This document shows positions 52,501 through 62,259 of a stretch of 64,000 nt of DNA, one piece after another (the stretch's first letter is position 1; every line of letters begins with the position of its first letter). Position numbers and translations under genes: made by a program. The notes under the pieces were generated by a model. The model had not been told where the DNA came from. It was given only the letters and a program-made list of their open reading frames with translations, and ran no database searches. The DNA comes from Yuukianura sp. NJ FZ-2021 (taxonomy: Eukaryota): positions 8,494,001 through 8,558,000 of the forward strand of contig CM102289.1 in NCBI GenBank assembly GCA_046563655.1, read 5' to 3'.

Positions 52501-55500
52501 AATCACCCGCAGGAGACGGCACTGAATCACTAAACACGCACACGGAGGCGAACTACACAATGAATGATATGTTCTGCCGCAGCAAAACTAGATCCATTTT
52601 TTGTACCAAAATGGTACTAACTAATCACTTTTTTTAACTCACACTGCACAAATTCACTGATTTTTTGGTCATTCGTGACCTTTGACATGAACGGAGGCCA
52701 CTGATAGTGACTCCCAAATGAATAAATTAGCGAAAGCCGCTGTTAGCGACTCTCATTAGGTGATTTTATGCACAGTACACTTTTTTAGGCACAAAAATTC
52801 ACAAATTTCACTCACTGTATCTTCTTTGGCCTCTGGTGACCTCCAGGTCACTGGATCTGTACACAAACGGTCGCCATGTGTAACGCCCTACGACGCTAAA
52901 CAACTGAAAAACACTCCACCAGACTACTCCTCTGAGTCTGCAGACTCCAGATCCCAATGACAACTGAAAATCACCACAACTGGAGAACCACCATCGATGA
53001 ATAATAAATATATGTATATATTTATTGAATCGATGGAACTGAAAAATATACAACTGATGAAACTAAAACATACTGGATCTCCCTCCGATCTCTACAAAAA
53101 CCGGAAACCGACTGAACTCTATATACAATGCTCATCTCTCTCTCTACCACACCGCATCTCAAATCTCCCGCGACTCCACTCGCCGCATCTCTCTACAATC
53201 TCAATAAGATATAATCTTATGGCTACTAAGCCTACGCAGCAGACGCCAACAATTCTCGAATTTCAAAATGTTCAAATCCGAAATTGGAAACATTAAAACA
53301 ACAAACTTTTTTTTTTTTGCTTTAGAATTGAGATGAACATTTTGAATGTGCTGTGCGTGTAATGTAATACTCCCTTGAACACATCATAAATTTCCACCGC
53401 ATTAGCTTACACAAATCCAAAGTCCACGAATAGCTTTGAAAGTCTTTTGCTAATTTTTCTGGCCTCACGTAGCACTATTTTGCACGTCAGCTATTTACGA
53501 AGATCACCAACTCAAAATTATTCCTAAAATTTAACGTGACGCCTGAATTCTGTTAAAAGCTTAAGCGTATTAAATCTTTTCCGAAAATTCCCATTCAAAC
53601 TTCAACAATTGTAGAAATTTTTCTCCCTACGCAAGTCCGGTTCTAGGGATCAAGCGGACCTGACATTCAATTTTAAATCCAGATTTGCATTTCCAGAAAA
53701 TCGTGCTTTTAAAACCGGTTTTAGTGGTGACGGTATTGCTAAAAAGTTGCTGAAAATTTTAACAGTTACTCTCGTGACGCTAGCAAGGTCATACTTCAAC
53801 AAATTTTCCAAATGGGATTATATGTAGCGTAAAATTTTTCAGAAATGTCAACTTAAAAATTTCAAACTTTCAAAATCTTTCGTTCCGGTTTTTGTGTTGT
53901 GACAGTTTAGGGCCACACACACAACATTAGAGTCGTGAACAGAGTGGCAGCATTTTAGTCAAGCTTGTCAAAACGAGATTCTTGTTAACAAAATTGTTAT
54001 GCGACGAATCCAATTTGTAAAATTCAAATCTGATTAGTAGTCACCTAACAAGAAAAAAACTGTTGCTGAAAATACTTAAATTAATTCATTTCAAAGGGCA
54101 TCCCTACATTCAAACTGCAATCATTAAGTTCAAAGTGCATGTTACTTATATTCAAATGCACTCACTAACTACTTCATTTACGACAAAACAATTGGAATCA
54201 TTGATTTGGCTTTTATCTTGATTTTTGTTACACCTTGTTCTTCCTAATTACGATCCTAAGCACATCTAAATGGGTATTATGGTAACTAAATTATGGTGTT
54301 CTGACCCCTGCCTGCCAATCCTACTCCACTTATAAGTCTTTTGTGATCCTACCCCAATGGAAATTGATCCCTCATGTCTTTATGTTAGGTTATGTTAGGC
54401 ACAATATGTTATGTTGTTGCATAATGCCTTCAGAGGCCTTGAGGAGCCTTCAACTTTTAGCCAGAGCAAGTGCCAAAACCATTATCATCCCCAATAATTC
54501 TGTAAATGTGGCTGCATTCTGCAAATATGTTGCTGTTATGAACTTGACGGGACTCAAATTGACGTAAAACGTCAAGGCAAGGAACCAATAAAATAGATTT
54601 GGTCGATGAAATTCATTTCTTATTATATTATTGGTGGCGTTAATCTCACTGCCAACAAATATTTAATGTTTTATTTCAAGTGAAAATGACTTCGACAGGG
54701 ATGTTAAAAGTACATTTGAGGAATATTGTGGAGTAAAGACTCATAAAGTTCTTGGTGTAGGAGGAAACTGCCGCGTAGTTTTTAAGTTTTGATTTTGGAA
54801 AATGTTTTGCCCAGTTGGAGAAAGTTTCTAAGTTTGGCTTGGCATCCAATGCTAAAACTGTGCAAATCCTGTTTTGTACTTGTATAATTTTTTTTTTTTT
54901 TGGAATTAATCTTTGTTTGGAAAATTTACATAGTTTTGTTTTTGTTTAGATTTAATTATTTTACAATTTTTGTATTCTAACCTGTTTAAATTTTTTCTGT
55001 TTTAATTTGTTGTGCATAGAACACGTTTTCTGCATTATTCTCGCCTGCTTAATTGTTACGTCTTTTAAAGTAGGATCGTCTGCTAACTTATGGGCTCAAA
55101 AACTTGTTTAAAACGGTCTAATTTTTTTGCGGAAACAGGTTACAAGCCACAAATTAATTATTTCATTTGTTTGTAAACAAAAACACGACAAAAGGGAGCG
55201 TCTGTACAAAATAGTAGGTGCAGACAAAACTATATGACGTTACTCGCATTTTTTGTTACTTTCAAATTAGTAGTTTTGCCAGAACTTCAAACTGCGCATT
55301 AAACCATTCAATTTAGCTAATTTCTCCAAAAATTTAAATAATTTCTGCCTGATTTGTTTTCTTGACGCATTAAGCAGTCTCTGTTTAATCGTTTGCTACC
55401 AAATTTAAAATTCAAGTAATCTGAAATTACTTTTTTAATAAATTTTTAATATAAACTGGCATTGTAAGGAATTCAAATAGCATTCTTAAACTTTTATTTA

Positions 55501-56867
55501 GCAGCAAAGTGACATTGTTGGGACAAAAGAAGTGACAAAAAACAAAAGCAGTTTTTGTAAATTATGCGAGAATAGGAGAACAATATGGCAGCCAAAATGC
55601 AAAAATAAACGAAAATATGTGAAGGTTCTGTTAAGGTTGTCTTCTATTCGTCATGTCTCAAAGGCTTCTGAAGGAAATGCATTTTGCGTTTTTACCATCA
55701 ATTTCTGTTTATTATCAAATGTCATGCGCCACTACATTTAGCCTAACATAATAAGTTAACTAAACTTAAACATAACTTAACTTAAGTAAACTATCAACCT
55801 TAGAACTTTAGAAGATCTATAAATCACGTAATAAACATAGCTTTTCAATTGATACATAAACTATAATTACCGAAAAGTAGTCCAAGTTTTTCCAAATTTC
55901 AAAATTTCTATTCACAAAACTTTCCGCCGCAGGGCTTCCATATTTTTCATTTTGGGTAAAATTTTTAAAATTGACTATCAAATTGTGAAAATTTGTGAAT
56001 GCCAACCATAACTAACCTTAAAAATTATTCTTAAAAGGGAATTCCCATTTGAAAATGAGGAAGCTGTACCTAAAAATGTTTAACATTTGTAAAATTACCA
56101 CAAATTGAAGTCACTCAAGCACAACTGAAATTCCTGAAAATGGTTAGCAAGTGTTGAACTGTCATTATGAGTAGTGTAGTGCCATGAACAGTTTGGAATG
56201 AAGGTGACAGAATGACAATTGGCAACATTTCCAAGGGCAGGAGCTAATGGTTCCCTTATTATCTCAAATATCGATGATGATGGTTTGCCAAAATTCATAA
56301 TTGCCAGCAACACAACCTCAACTTGTAACTTTACAATTTTTTTTCAACTGTCTACGGCTCTTTGTAATGGTAGTATTCGTAGCTGAAGACAAATTCACAC
56401 AAAAGTATTTTGACTTTGAAGTTCTCAGAAGGGCGGAATGAAGCTTTTTCATTGTCTCCCTGCTTTTTTCGCCAACTTTTTAGCAAACCGTCAAAACTCA
56501 ACAGACTCCGCCCCCTTAACCCCAAATGTCAAACATTTCAATACAAACGTCAATTTTGTAGCAATTATGGACATGATAGGCCCATTTGCTAATCTAATCA
56601 AACAAAAATTGTTTTCTCAAAAATTGTTTCTCAAAAATTGTCTTTCTAAAAATTTGTCTTTTTTTCTTGTTTTTGCAGACGACTGCTGACTTTACAATTG
56701 AAGGTCAATCGATTGCCCGCCAAGCGAAACGGGTAAAACGGCTGAAAACGAGGCGCTGCTGTTGTAGAATTATTGGAATCTTCATTTTCCTAATCGCTTT
56801 TCTCGGAGTCATTGTTACGCTTAGTTTAGTTTACACAAAAGGAAAACATTACTTTGGTCCTGTTTAA
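43529..56867 (+). CDS. Uncharacterised ~880-aa low-complexity protein with a single C-terminal transmembrane helix (tail-anchored)
   Basis: Exons 43529-43707, 44078-45207, 46911-47401, 48359-48451, 48710-49270 and 56679-56867 join with compatible phases. The body is S/P/D-rich and ends KRVKRLKTRRCCCR-IIGIFIFLIAFLGVIVTLSLVY-TKGKHYFGPV*. Possible alternative first exon at 47861-47977. Confidence 0.6.
49475..49845 (-). repeat. 3' LTR (371 bp)
   Basis: Identical by eye to 52879-53251 except for one fewer TC dinucleotide in a short microsatellite. Confidence 0.95.
49728..51341 (-). CDS. ORF2 of the LTR element (-1 frame relative to gag): pol relic plus repeated novel sequence
   Basis: Open from the slippery site (FKLKKGNDISSIIHPSVKLCPDE...) into the 3' LTR. 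LGDFEIKLWRVPGK..VEGDAFSRIP resembles the gypsy RNase H C-terminus (LQEFDFxIxYRPGKxNxxADALSR). No DTG/DSG protease, YxDD RT or HHCC/DDE integrase motif seen. Confidence 0.65.
   Translation of the reverse strand: MKKGNDISSIIHPSVKLCPDEVVQCCVVNMELRFSNFQLVNIVFLWKKVIERKRNLGDFEIKLWRVPGKRQDGWRSVEGDAFSRIPAPLEDENCGLDKGSPEDSDWLSAVAVLCFIPPRIEEESGKLSGFVKCFVKSVGGDCGILPTGGRVETRPQSSSVNPEYVVPATNGEARSVTQAPNSELMKKMLIRKLEEEDVVPATNGEARSVTQAPNSELMKKMLIRKLEEEDVVPATNGEARSVTQATESELSRNVLNRRITIKENVRPAVLKCDVIVLQSESFSAAVLRNMKVRNEAKLRIVFKCIQVIKLTCDDSVVPISEWGWVSLSRKVKEGGTQNLWQLMGVNLLASAYLCFSGAHCPQVQPRVSLSRKVKEGGAESLWECSGLSFLITVFANMYFKSKSNDVDTKGVVLTTSIKVRSDLVSDNVKVPDVLDGALGRNRMLRWTITRMMTTLMTMMKTPLMSRRRMEFRSSRLGRLSLMDVGPGRQARHPSSGEECVGVCCVGLVAIRLYLIEIVERCGEWSRGRFEMRCGRER
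49848..49856 (-). other. Polypurine tract
   Basis: GGAGAGGAA lies 2 nt upstream of the 3' LTR on the minus strand. Confidence 0.8.
50592..50851 (-). repeat. 99-bp in-frame tandem repeat (about 2.6 copies) inside ORF2
   Basis: Units start at 50592, 50691 and 50790 and encode VVPATNGEARSVTQAPNSELMKKMLIRKLEEED. Confidence 0.9.
51279..51347 (-). promoter_or_regulatory. -1 programmed ribosomal frameshift signal (slippery heptamer plus predicted H-type pseudoknot)
   Basis: U_UUA_AAC (51347-51341) is in the gag frame immediately before the UGA, followed by a 7-nt spacer. Stem 1 is GGGGAAUGA/UCAUUCACCC (one bulge) and stem 2 is UUCGUCC/GGACGAA. Confidence 0.8.
51338..52495 (-). CDS. gag: Gag (retrotransposon capsid domain plus degenerate zinc knuckle), 385 aa
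   Basis: gccATGg start at 52495. Capsid motifs PKFD...YMNDVERYF, AQPW....WSDFKEAFVKRY and MHR-like RRQKLDEPVEQFIYEM, then an acidic linker and the knuckle GWRCSGRGHKEFQCP. Confidence 0.9.
   Translation of the reverse strand: MATYTQEDVDKIVAAAVAKAMKGVEEKIVQKVSMGVAAAASVKSECASATVALITALKNVKFTSLSSKLPVPKFDTRRMSAEGYMNDVERYFSAQGHAESQFLYLVKTVLPSEAQPWLEHVLISVSEWSDFKEAFVKRYDNWIDVAERTRLLHTRRQKLDEPVEQFIYEMVKSAKLIYPNEAEADSVLRARLALYPRLRTALGTASYATVEQLFVACRVAHANLCAEDELYKLKNQLPPIVKVNFEKEASDCEKEDSDCEKEEVHNGVSDTGFDNFEIEDCDENEGAEVEIGENIVHSDVVVRASEPQNHFNGSQSSNWQIRDPDAVIGWRCSGRGHKEFQCPTPVDFALGSFRLENLEDVSEGYGEYGEEDDYENSDDVPENLN
52867..52876 (-). other. Primer-binding site, probably tRNA-Arg(TCG)
   Basis: TGGCGACCGT lies 2 nt downstream of the 5' LTR and is complementary to a tRNA 3' end ACGGUCG-CCA. 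The isotype is assigned from memory of insect tRNA-Arg. Confidence 0.8.
52879..53251 (-). repeat. 5' LTR (373 bp)
   Basis: TGTTG...TTACA on the minus strand, with candidate TATA and AATAAA, followed by the PBS. Confidence 0.95.
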
Positions 56868-57765
56868 ATTTTGAACTTTTTAAACAAATTTTAAAAACTC
56901 AGACTTTGAAAAAATTCATTTCCTCCCTTTGAAAGCTTTTTAAGCAGTGATAGCCGCTACCTCTTTTAAAAATTCTGTTTTTTTACAACATTTTTGTTTA
57001 AAAAATTTTTTGGAAGTAAGTATTTTAATTTGTTCTGCTTTTGGGCAATACTGCCTCCAAGTTAAACAAAAAGTAATCATAAATCATTAAAAAGTGACAC
57101 GTTGTTATGTTGTCTCATCACATTTGTTAATTCTTTGTTCTTTTGAATTGAAATTCTGCAAATCCGTGTAGTGAAGTCATGATTAATTTGGGTTTTCATT
57201 TCAATTTAATCATAAAAAATGAGATCGTGATTGCAATATTTTACAGGAACTATTCAGTGTATCCTTAAACTTGACTTGTGCTAAGCCAATCACAAGGACA
57301 AGCAAAGGAAACTTCTTATCCACTCCAAAAACGATTTTTCACGATTCAAATAAGGAATGAGAATTCAAAATTTGAAATGAAGATGAGTCATGACAAATTC
57401 ATGTGAAGACGACAATAGGATGTTAGCCAGTGATGACAATTTCGTGATGCTCTGTCCACACCCTAAAAAATGTAAGAAAAAATGTTTTACTTAAATTAAC
57501 AAGATGACGTTAGTCAATTCTTTGATCGCTTTTGCTTTTTTGTACATGTAAAACTGTGGCTAAAAAAATTTTTATTCGCAAAAGAAATTACAGACAACAG
57601 GAAAAGTTTTCATCAGCAATTGCACAGCTAAACTGCAAAAATCAGCAAAATTTTTAGAAATTTCTGTGATTAATATTACGCACATCGTGTATAAACTAAG
57701 TTACCTAAGTTAACATTTATTATATTGAACTTGAGTTGCAAATATGGTTAACTATAAACACTTTT

Positions 57766-60700
57766 TCAGGTTCCTGTCTTTGCCACGTCTCGTATATATG
57801 GATGAACTGTAAAAAAAACAATTTTGATTTTCAAAATTTTAAAAGGAAAAGTGAAAAATGAAAAAATTACCAAATGTCCTGAGAGTTGGCGCCAAAAATC
57901 CACCGGAGCCATGTTTGGATTTGAACAAAATTCCGATAGCTGCAATCGGTACTGGGGAGCTTTCAGACGTTGTGATTGGCTGGAGGTCAAAAAATGGCAC
58001 AACAGATTGACCTGCATCTTTTTCTAAAGAACTTGCATCAAATTCAATAAAATGAGAAGAATCGTCTGTTATTGGATAAGGTTGAGAAGGTCCCTCTTGA
58101 TTCCGCGGTGAGTTGACCTCTGTAAGGTCAAATTTTCTGCGCATGGCTACTGTAGAAGTGCTATTTATAAAATTGATGCTAGAACTTGCTGATGGTGGTT
58201 TTGAAATGAATTCAGTCACGGCAACTTCTAGCTGCAAAAAGTTTTGTTCGTGGATCCACCGTAAGCCGGTTACAACTTCCGTAAATTTTCCACCAATTTC
58301 GTCCAGATTCATGCGCAGAAATCCGGAATTTCCCAAAGGAATTCGGTTTGGATTTGCACTTGGTTTGAGCCATGTCAGCGTCGAAGCGTCAATCGTTCCA
58401 TTTTCTATTATTTTTCCTTGTTGAATCTTAAGTTAAACAGAAGTAAATTTTAAAATCCAAATTAAAAATTGTTCGTGATTGAAAAACTTACATTGAGACT
58501 TATCGTGTTGTTTTTCTGTTCAAATCGAAGCCCTGTCACAACATATCCGTCGGCAGTATTCGCCATGCGTTCGGAAATGTCAAAATAGTGTTGTCCTTCG
58601 GATGTCAACGGATCGTTACAAACGCAGAGACAAAGTTCGCAATATTGCGGCGTTTTCAAAATAACGCCACTTTCCATTTCCCATCTCTCTCTAGCTTTCA
58701 TAATTTCACTTCCTGGGCACTCCAAAGAAGCATTGCCTAAATAAATTTTCAAAATCAAAGTCTTCAAAAATTCAAATATTTTAAATTTTCATACCATATG
58801 CTTCAGTGATTCCAGCACGAGTAACTTTGTCATTGACTTTGATCCAATCGTAAGCATATCCAGCACCGTCCTTCGCCGGACAAAAACTAACTTCTCTGGA
58901 AGCTCTAATACACTGCACAAAAATTTTACAAAATGTAATTCAATTTTGAGATCCTTTTTGAACAGTTCAACTGGAAATTCTAGTCCTCACTCGCTTAGCT
59001 TGATTGGGACACTTTGAGTATTTCATGCACTGTGACTCCGGTTCTTGACAATGCGACTGTCTATATAATTCACAGTGTGTAGTTTTGTTCGCACAAGTTG
59101 GAGTCGGATTTCGGTAATTTTGGCACGTTCCCACGCATTTTCCATCTGGATTCAGCACCATTTCAGATTCTAAATATCCCTGGACATAAATTGAGTTTAG
59201 TTTAATCAAATTTAGTCTCAACATAATGAATTTAATCATGTAAACAACTTCTTACGTACAGGAAATGCATTTGAGAACTGAGCAGTGAAGGTCATGTTTG
59301 GATTTCTTGTGTCAACATATCCACACCTCGGTCCATCACCTTCCGTTTTGTTTAAACAATCTCCTTCTGGTGGATCTGAACCAAAAATATTTTGAAAAGT
59401 AGACAAAATTTAGCATTGAATTTCAAAAATTGACATTTTGCACAGAAAAATGAGAAAAATTTATTTTTTGTAGTCTAAACCTGGAGCTGGAAGGTCAGGG
59501 TGAATTCTGCAGTCTAAAATTCCCCATTCACTGGATTTTGGATAAAGTGGTGCTTGCATAGTCCTAATGACAGGAACTCTGTTTTCGTCTAGAAGAACTG
59601 GAGTGAGCACAACTTTGTACTCAGGAAGCACAGTTTCAGTTGACATGTCAATGCATTTTCCATCTTTCAAAAAACAAGCCACCGGAGTTCCATTGGAATC
59701 GTACGGAACAAGTTCCAGTCCAATACAATCAATTCGCTTTCCATCCAGAGTCACTTCTCCAGCAACATCTTAAAAAAAAACAAAAATAATTTTGGAAAAA
59801 AAGAGAAAATTTTAAATGTTTGGAAGTCCAAAATTTACTGTCTGGCAGAGGAAGTTTAGTTCCGTTGTGAAAAACTGCTCCATCTTGGATGTAAACGCCC
59901 GGAGGACAGTTGTGCGCCGTTACATGAGGAGATTCGTTACATCCTTTAGGTGGAATGTCGCATTTGAACTTTTTTGGCGACATGTGCGTGTCAATGCTTT
60001 TGTCTGCCACAACAGCACCAAGGCGGTACTTCCTTTCCAGTCTCTTTTTCAAAGTCGTTTCGATTTCAGTTCTTGCAGTTTCCAACTCCATTTTTTGGCT
60101 TTCTGCGGTAAAAAGTAAAAATTTGTCAAAAAATTTGCGTTCTCTTTTGGTGGTGCAAAAACAACCTTTCTCTGCAAGCCAAGCAGAGTAGACTAGATTG
60201 GTCATTTGCAGAATTGCAAATTTCATGTCAGCTAAACACAAGTACAGAGCAGCATCCAGCAGCACATCAAACTTCTTGTGAATTTGGCCATACTCAAAGT
60301 TATTTCCATAACAGTACATGTTCAGCGATGTTTCACTGGGATTCCAATTACTCAAAACCTGAATCAAGGCAGAGTCAAATTAATTAAGCAAAACTAACTA
60401 ATAAAAATTCATTAATTATTTAATTTACCTACGCTATGATTCAAAAGTCGTTCCAAAATCCGAATCAAGTGATGCTCCTCACCGAAAATGTTCATTTGGT
60501 CATGAATATATGATGTAAGTTTGGCTGGAACCAAATCTTGAAAGGTATCTGAAAACCAAATTACGAAAATAGAAATTTTAATTTTGAAATTTGCAATCGT
60601 ATATTTTTTTTTAAATTTTACTTTTACCTTTGATGATGAACTGAGTGACCCATGATGGGTAAGAAATTTCCATTGTTCGGTTGACTTCTTCCAGTCCTCC

Positions 60701-61947
60701 AGCATTTTCAAAATTTAGAATCAAGCGTTGAAAAATGTGGTGGATTGTGGCTGCCATTGAATTTACTTCCATCCACTTCAACCTTCCTTTTTCAATTTCA
60801 CTTGTTGGATTTGTTTTTGCAAAAGCAATGACATCAGAGCTAAAGTCAAAATTTGAAACAGTTAAACTCAACACGCAAATTTTTAAAACTCGAAGTGTTC
60901 AGTAATATTTTTAGATTTTTTTGAAGCTACATTTTTGGCAAATCAATAGCAGGATTGATTGCCGTAAACGCTCTGTTTCGCTCAAGCTCTTCTGTGACAG
61001 GTTTCAAAAGCTGAACAATTCCTTTCAAATGCTTTGCGTTGAAATATTTGTCGAAATTTTCTAAAAATTCGGTCCGATTCGCTTTCAATTCCTAATACAA
61101 GTATTGTTCAAAATCAATCATTTGAAATTATAATTAAAAAAAAATCAAACTTCACCTCATTTGTGTCATTGAAGATTGAATACACAGGATGCATGAGGTC
61201 GAGCAGCATAAGGGTTAAATTGTCCATTCGATGATTGAACATCGCCCACTCTTTGCTAGTACTGAACGGATCGGAGGGAGATTTTGTAGAATTCTGATGT
61301 GGCTTAGTACGAAGAACTGATCTTCCGACGAATTTTTTATTGGGCGGTTTTTCTGTAGTTCTAGATGTCTTTTCTGTTGTTGTAGTGGGTTCTGTTGTCG
61401 TTGTAGTGGGTTCTGTAGTTGTTGTAGTGGGTTCTGTTGTCGTTGTAGTGGGTTCTGTTGTTGTAGTTCTAGTGGGTTCTGTAGTTGTTGTAGTGGGTTC
61501 TGTTGTTGTGGTGGTTTCTGTTGTTGTTGTTGGTTCTGTTGTTGTTGTGGTGGGTTCTGTTGTTGTTGTTGTTGTAGTGGGTTCTGTTGTTGTAGTAGTG
61601 GGTTCTGTTGTTGTGGTGGGTTCTGTTGTTGTAGTAGTTGGTTCTGTTGTTGTAGTTGTAGTTGTTGGCGCAACAGTAGTTAGCGGCGTTGGTTTTGGAC
61701 CAGTCATCGACCTCCCTATGTTTGCCGTCGACGCAGCCGCTCTAGCTTTCGGAGCTTTTGTAGTTGGATCCGGGAAATTAACTAATTTGTGTTCTCCTTG
61801 ATGTTTAGGCTTAGCCGTCGATGGCGGCGTAGTTCTTGATTTCGGCCTTTGCATTGATTGAGATTTACTTCTCACCGGTTCAGTTATTGTACACATCACT
61901 CCGAAAATTAAACCAGCAAAAACAAAAGTAAAATGCAAGCGACGCAT
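57766..61947 (-). CDS. Secreted DUF4803-family protein with an N-terminal Thr-rich mucin-like stalk, about 13 exons
   Basis: Signal peptide MRRLHFTFVFAGLIFGVMC. Motifs GYLESEMVLN..GKCVGTCQNY, CELCLCVCND, YVVTGLRF, EVVTGLRW and KDAGQSVVPFFDLQ..P.PIAAIGILFK...GSGGFLAP match DUF4803 as I recall it. Last exon 57807-57766. Confidence 0.8.
61372..61670 (-). repeat. Coding minisatellite (T4-7EP)n
   Basis: About 13 imperfect ACAACAACAGAACCC-type units within the first exon of the DUF4803 gene. Confidence 0.9.
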
Positions 61948-62259
61948 TGTTCCCAATTAACCTATAACTTTTCACTAAAAATTTTGTTTAACCATTTAGA
62001 AAACAGTAGAATGGGCTCGAATCGAACAGCCAAATTAAAATTTAAATTAAAAACTTGATTCATTGACAATGAAATTCCAGTAAAATTAGTTTATAATACA
62101 ATTATACACTTAATCAATTATCACTTCCTGGTAAACTTCATTTTATTGCCAAGTTTATTAGAATTCAACTGTAACACTTAACTGAAGCAAATACTAAAAT
62201 TTAATGGTCAATTCCAAACAATAACAATCGAGTTTAAAGTTCAACTCGTCGCCCACATC

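Larger units (their letters stand above)
49475..53251 (-). mobile_element. Non-autonomous Ty3/gypsy-type LTR retrotransposon (gag plus -1-frame ORF2, no intact pol), intronic and antisense to the host gene
   Basis: TG...CA LTRs at 49475-49845 and 52879-53251, 4-bp TSD ATTC on both sides, PBS, PPT and a gag ORF. Confidence 0.95.

Noticed and set aside
61215..61801. Poly-Q (61215-61673, minus) and poly-V (61340-61801, plus) ORFs
   Set aside because: These are alternative-frame and antisense readings of the (T)nEP coding repeat.
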